Assembly: GCA_036985855.1 (NCBI GenBank)
Contig: BTQL01000001.1
Location: 10,920-74,919 of the forward strand
Length of the DNA stretch: 64,000 nt
Source of the DNA: Acidimicrobiia bacterium
GTDB lineage: Bacteria; Actinomycetota; Acidimicrobiia; Spongiisociales; UBA5794
Direction: 5' to 3'
Shown here: piece by piece, positions 61,655 through 64,000 of the stretch
How positions within the stretch are numbered: the stretch's first letter is position 1
Layout of the letters: each line of letters opens with the position of its first letter
Notes under the pieces: generated by a model
What the model saw: only the letters and a program-made list of their open reading frames with translations
Database searches by the model: none
Told to the model about the DNA's origin: nothing
Translations under genes and position numbers: made by a program

Positions 61655-62358
61655 GCGGGCCACGCCCCCTCAGACCTGAACGCCTCCCAATTGATCTGGG
61701 TGTCTGGATCGCGCATGTACAACGGTCTCACATCATCCGGTCCAGATGTCTTGCCATGCCTGGCCTTCATCAACGCGATCTCCAGGATCGTCTCGGCTGA
61801 GGGATACCTCGGCCTCCCCCTGCGAACTCTGTGAAGCCCTGTCCACATCAGATCGGGGGCCGACTGCCAGTCACCGACCACAAGAGCATCGTCGACCTCG
61901 CACTCGAGCATCGCTTTGAAGTCCTCCGGACTGACCACCTCTGGATCGCCGTCCGGTGCAACGCCGCCGGGTAATGGCGTGAACGGGGCAACTGCGATCT
62001 GGCCCCTACGCATGTCGACAACAGGCCAGATCCGCCTGCGTCCGGTTGCAGCCCGCAATGCGATCGTGGTCAGGGACGAGACTGTCGCCATCGGAGCGCC
62101 GATCGCGGCCGCGAACGCCTGGGCCGTCGATATACCCGAACGGAGGCCCGTGTATGGACCGGGCCCGACGTCCACCGCGACGAGATCGATATCGCGTGCC
62201 GCCCAGTCTGCTTGGGCAAGGCAGAAGTCGATGGCAGGTATCAAGAACTTGACGTGACCTCGACGATCAACATTGACCGAGAGGCCACGGAGCGCCTCGT
62301 CCTCACCGATCGCAACCGATGACGCCGGTGTCGCAGTGTCGATAGCGAGGATCTTCAT
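61651..62358 (-). CDS. tsaB: tRNA threonylcarbamoyladenosine biosynthesis protein TsaB
   Basis: MKILAIDTATPASSVAI.., GPGPYTGLR. ATG at 62358 in an ATGA overlap with tsaE. Confidence 0.85.
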   Translation of the reverse strand: MKILAIDTATPASSVAIGEDEALRGLSVNVDRRGHVKFLIPAIDFCLAQADWAARDIDLVAVDVGPGPYTGLRSGISTAQAFAAAIGAPMATVSSLTTIALRAATGRRRIWPVVDMRRGQIAVAPFTPLPGGVAPDGDPEVVSPEDFKAMLECEVDDALVVGDWQSAPDLMWTGLHRVRRGRPRYPSAETILEIALMKARHGKTSGPDDVRPLYMRDPDTQINWEAFRSEGAWPA

Positions 62359-62807
62359 ACGAGCACTCCAAGGTCTCTGTTGACCCAGGCGCCGTGTGGC
62401 TGGAAGCTGATGGAACGCTGGTCGCCCTCTATGTCGAAGTGGATGACAAGATGATCCATCGGAAGGCTGTCCTCGATCGTGTCCCCCCACTCGATGAGCA
62501 CCGCACCATCCCGACCATCGTCCGCTAGCTCCAGATCTTCGAACTCTCCGACCGAGCCGAGCCGGTATACGTCTGCGTGAATCAATGGAAGGAATCCATC
62601 TCGGTACACCTTCTCGATGAGAAACGTGGGACTCGTGATCTGGGCACTTATCCCGAGGCCGTTCGCAACACCCGATGCGAACAACGTCTTGCCTGCACCG
62701 AGCCGACCCGAGAGCACGACTATGTCACCTGCGGTGAGCAAAGCGGCGAATCTGCGGCCAAGCGCAAGCGTCTCGTCTGGGGATGCGGTGCTGGTTTCAA
62801 CGTTCAT
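62355..62807 (-). CDS. tsaE: tRNA threonylcarbamoyladenosine biosynthesis ATPase TsaE
   Basis: P-loop LSGRLGAGKTLF, SPTF, HADVYRL, EWG. ATG at 62807. Confidence 0.85.
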   Translation of the reverse strand: MNVETSTASPDETLALGRRFAALLTAGDIVVLSGRLGAGKTLFASGVANGLGISAQITSPTFLIEKVYRDGFLPLIHADVYRLGSVGEFEDLELADDGRDGAVLIEWGDTIEDSLPMDHLVIHFDIEGDQRSISFQPHGAWVNRDLGVLV

Positions 62808-63408
62808 CGATGTACTCGAGATTACCGTCAATGACGTTGCGCACGAGACCAAGATCTGCCCTGATGTCATTCGTGACTCGCTCACCGCCGCGGAGGGCAG
62901 CCGCTGGATGAAATGTCGGCACGAGGAAGCGTCCCCACCACTCGTACGCCCTCCCGCGCATTCGCGTGATCCCCGTGGTGGTGTTGAGGAGTAGCTTCGT
63001 CGAGAAGTTCCCAAGAGTGAGCACGACAATCGGATCGATCAGTTCGATCTGACGCTTGAGATACCCCTTGCACGAATCGATCTCATCGGGACGCGGATCT
63101 CTGTTGCGCGGCGGGCGACACTTGACGACATTCGCTATGTATACGTCTTTTCGTTGCAGCTCGATCTCACCAAGCAACGTGTCGAGCAGCTGCCCGGAGA
63201 GTCCGACGAAAGGCAGACCTTTCTCATCTTCCTGCTGCCCTGGTCCTTCACCGACAATGAGCACGTCAGCAGTGCCTGATCCGGCACCGAACACGACATT
63301 GGTGCGACTCTCGGCGAGTGAGCATGCTGTGCAGTCGTGTGCGATTGTGGCCAGGGCGTCGAGGGTTCCGATCGTATCGATGTCGGGGGTCATCGTGCGC
63401 CAGCCCAC
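62797..63408 (-). CDS. family 4 uracil-DNA glycosylase
   Basis: CTACSL, GEGPGQQEDEKGLPFVGLSG, HPAAALR. Confidence 0.85.
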   Translation of the reverse strand: MGWRTMTPDIDTIGTLDALATIAHDCTACSLAESRTNVVFGAGSGTADVLIVGEGPGQQEDEKGLPFVGLSGQLLDTLLGEIELQRKDVYIANVVKCRPPRNRDPRPDEIDSCKGYLKRQIELIDPIVVLTLGNFSTKLLLNTTTGITRMRGRAYEWWGRFLVPTFHPAAALRGGERVTNDIRADLGLVRNVIDGNLEYIDER

Positions 63409-64000
63409 TCGATGGCTGCCATGATCGAGGATGCGACAACTTCGAACGCTGCCTCGACAATACCGTCGACGGCGGCCTCGTGAACCTCGTTGGATACGAC
63501 GAACGCGGTGTCTCCGTCGTACCGCGTGTGCGCCGGGCGGATGGTTGCACCGAGAGCGTCGTGCGCTCTCACAGCCATCCTTCGCATCTCATTCCGATCC
63601 AGGATTGCGTCTGTCGCAATAGCGATGAGTGTCGTGCTCTGCGCAAAACCCGGGTTCTGACGCGCAAGCTGATCGGTCTCCCTTGACCCTGTCAGGCGAA
63701 CGCCCGACAGCGAGAACACATCACCGACGGCGTTCAGGGCGACAAGCGCGCCCACTGTTGCTTCGCCGACGCAGACCGAAGCCGAACCAATGCCGCCCTT
63801 GCTGGCATGCTCGATACCGGCAAGTTTGCCAACGGTCGCCCCAGTTCCTGCACCAACTGAGCCCATCGCAACCGGATCTGTCGATCGCTGGAGGTATGCC
63901 GTGCGCCCATCGTCGGCGGTCGGACGGACATCGGACTTCCCGACCATCAGGTCGTAGAGGATCACAGTCGGAACGATCGGGACGGGACCCGTCGGCGTGG
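63390..64000 (-). CDS. P1/S58 (DmpA-like) aminopeptidase family protein, 5' end beyond the window
   Basis: SVGAGTGATVGKLAG..KGGIGSAS pattern. The reading frame stays open to the window edge. Confidence 0.65.
   Translation of the reverse strand, partial: TPTGPVPIVPTVILYDLMVGKSDVRPTADDGRTAYLQRSTDPVAMGSVGAGTGATVGKLAGIEHASKGGIGSASVCVGEATVGALVALNAVGDVFSLSGVRLTGSRETDQLARQNPGFAQSTTLIAIATDAILDRNEMRRMAVRAHDALGATIRPAHTRYDGDTAFVVSNEVHEAAVDGIVEAAFEVVASSIMAAIEWAGAR

Overview
This is a gene-dense, high-GC chromosomal segment. A WhiB-family regulator, a GuaB3-type IMPDH paralogue, a sigE/ZAS anti-sigma locus and CIRCE-controlled groES-groEL point to Actinomycetota. All functions were assigned by eye from motifs in the supplied translations; no BLAST or HMM search was run. 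Most of the window is core metabolism and housekeeping: Na/Pi transporter plus PhoU, sdhCAB, mdh, icd, folD-purH-purN, sucCD, pcrA, guaA/guaB3, trpS, cimA, pfk, groES/EL and tsaE-tsaB-rimI-tsaD. From about 13.5 to 33.4 kb every gene is on the minus strand. I found no rRNA, tRNA, CRISPR array, transposase, integrase or recognisable defence genes. The main candidate for something undescribed lies at 39.6-44.8 kb. It is a translationally coupled operon that encodes four proteins: (i) a lipoprotein with two nucleotide-identical EB_dh/DOMON-like (putative haem b) domains, (ii) a Tat-exported 4-cluster ferredoxin (NrfC/PsrB-like), (iii) an NrfD/PsrC-like integral membrane subunit, and (iv) a membrane-anchored monohaem cytochrome c. 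No catalytic molybdopterin or multihaem subunit lies nearby, and two NarL-type two-component systems bracket the operon, one of them with a GAF-domain kinase. Secondary observations: an orphan CheA-REC hybrid kinase; a sigE locus with a duplicated anti-sigma domain and an RseB/MucB-like protein; a dispersed hairpin-containing intergenic repeat of about 55-61 bp (4 copies, 2 in perfect tandem); a B12-binding mutase small subunit coupled to sucCD; a gamma-glutamylation-type amine catabolic cluster; a doubly hairpinned cimA leader; and an in-frame TGA that truncates the conserved N-terminus of an adenylate cyclase.
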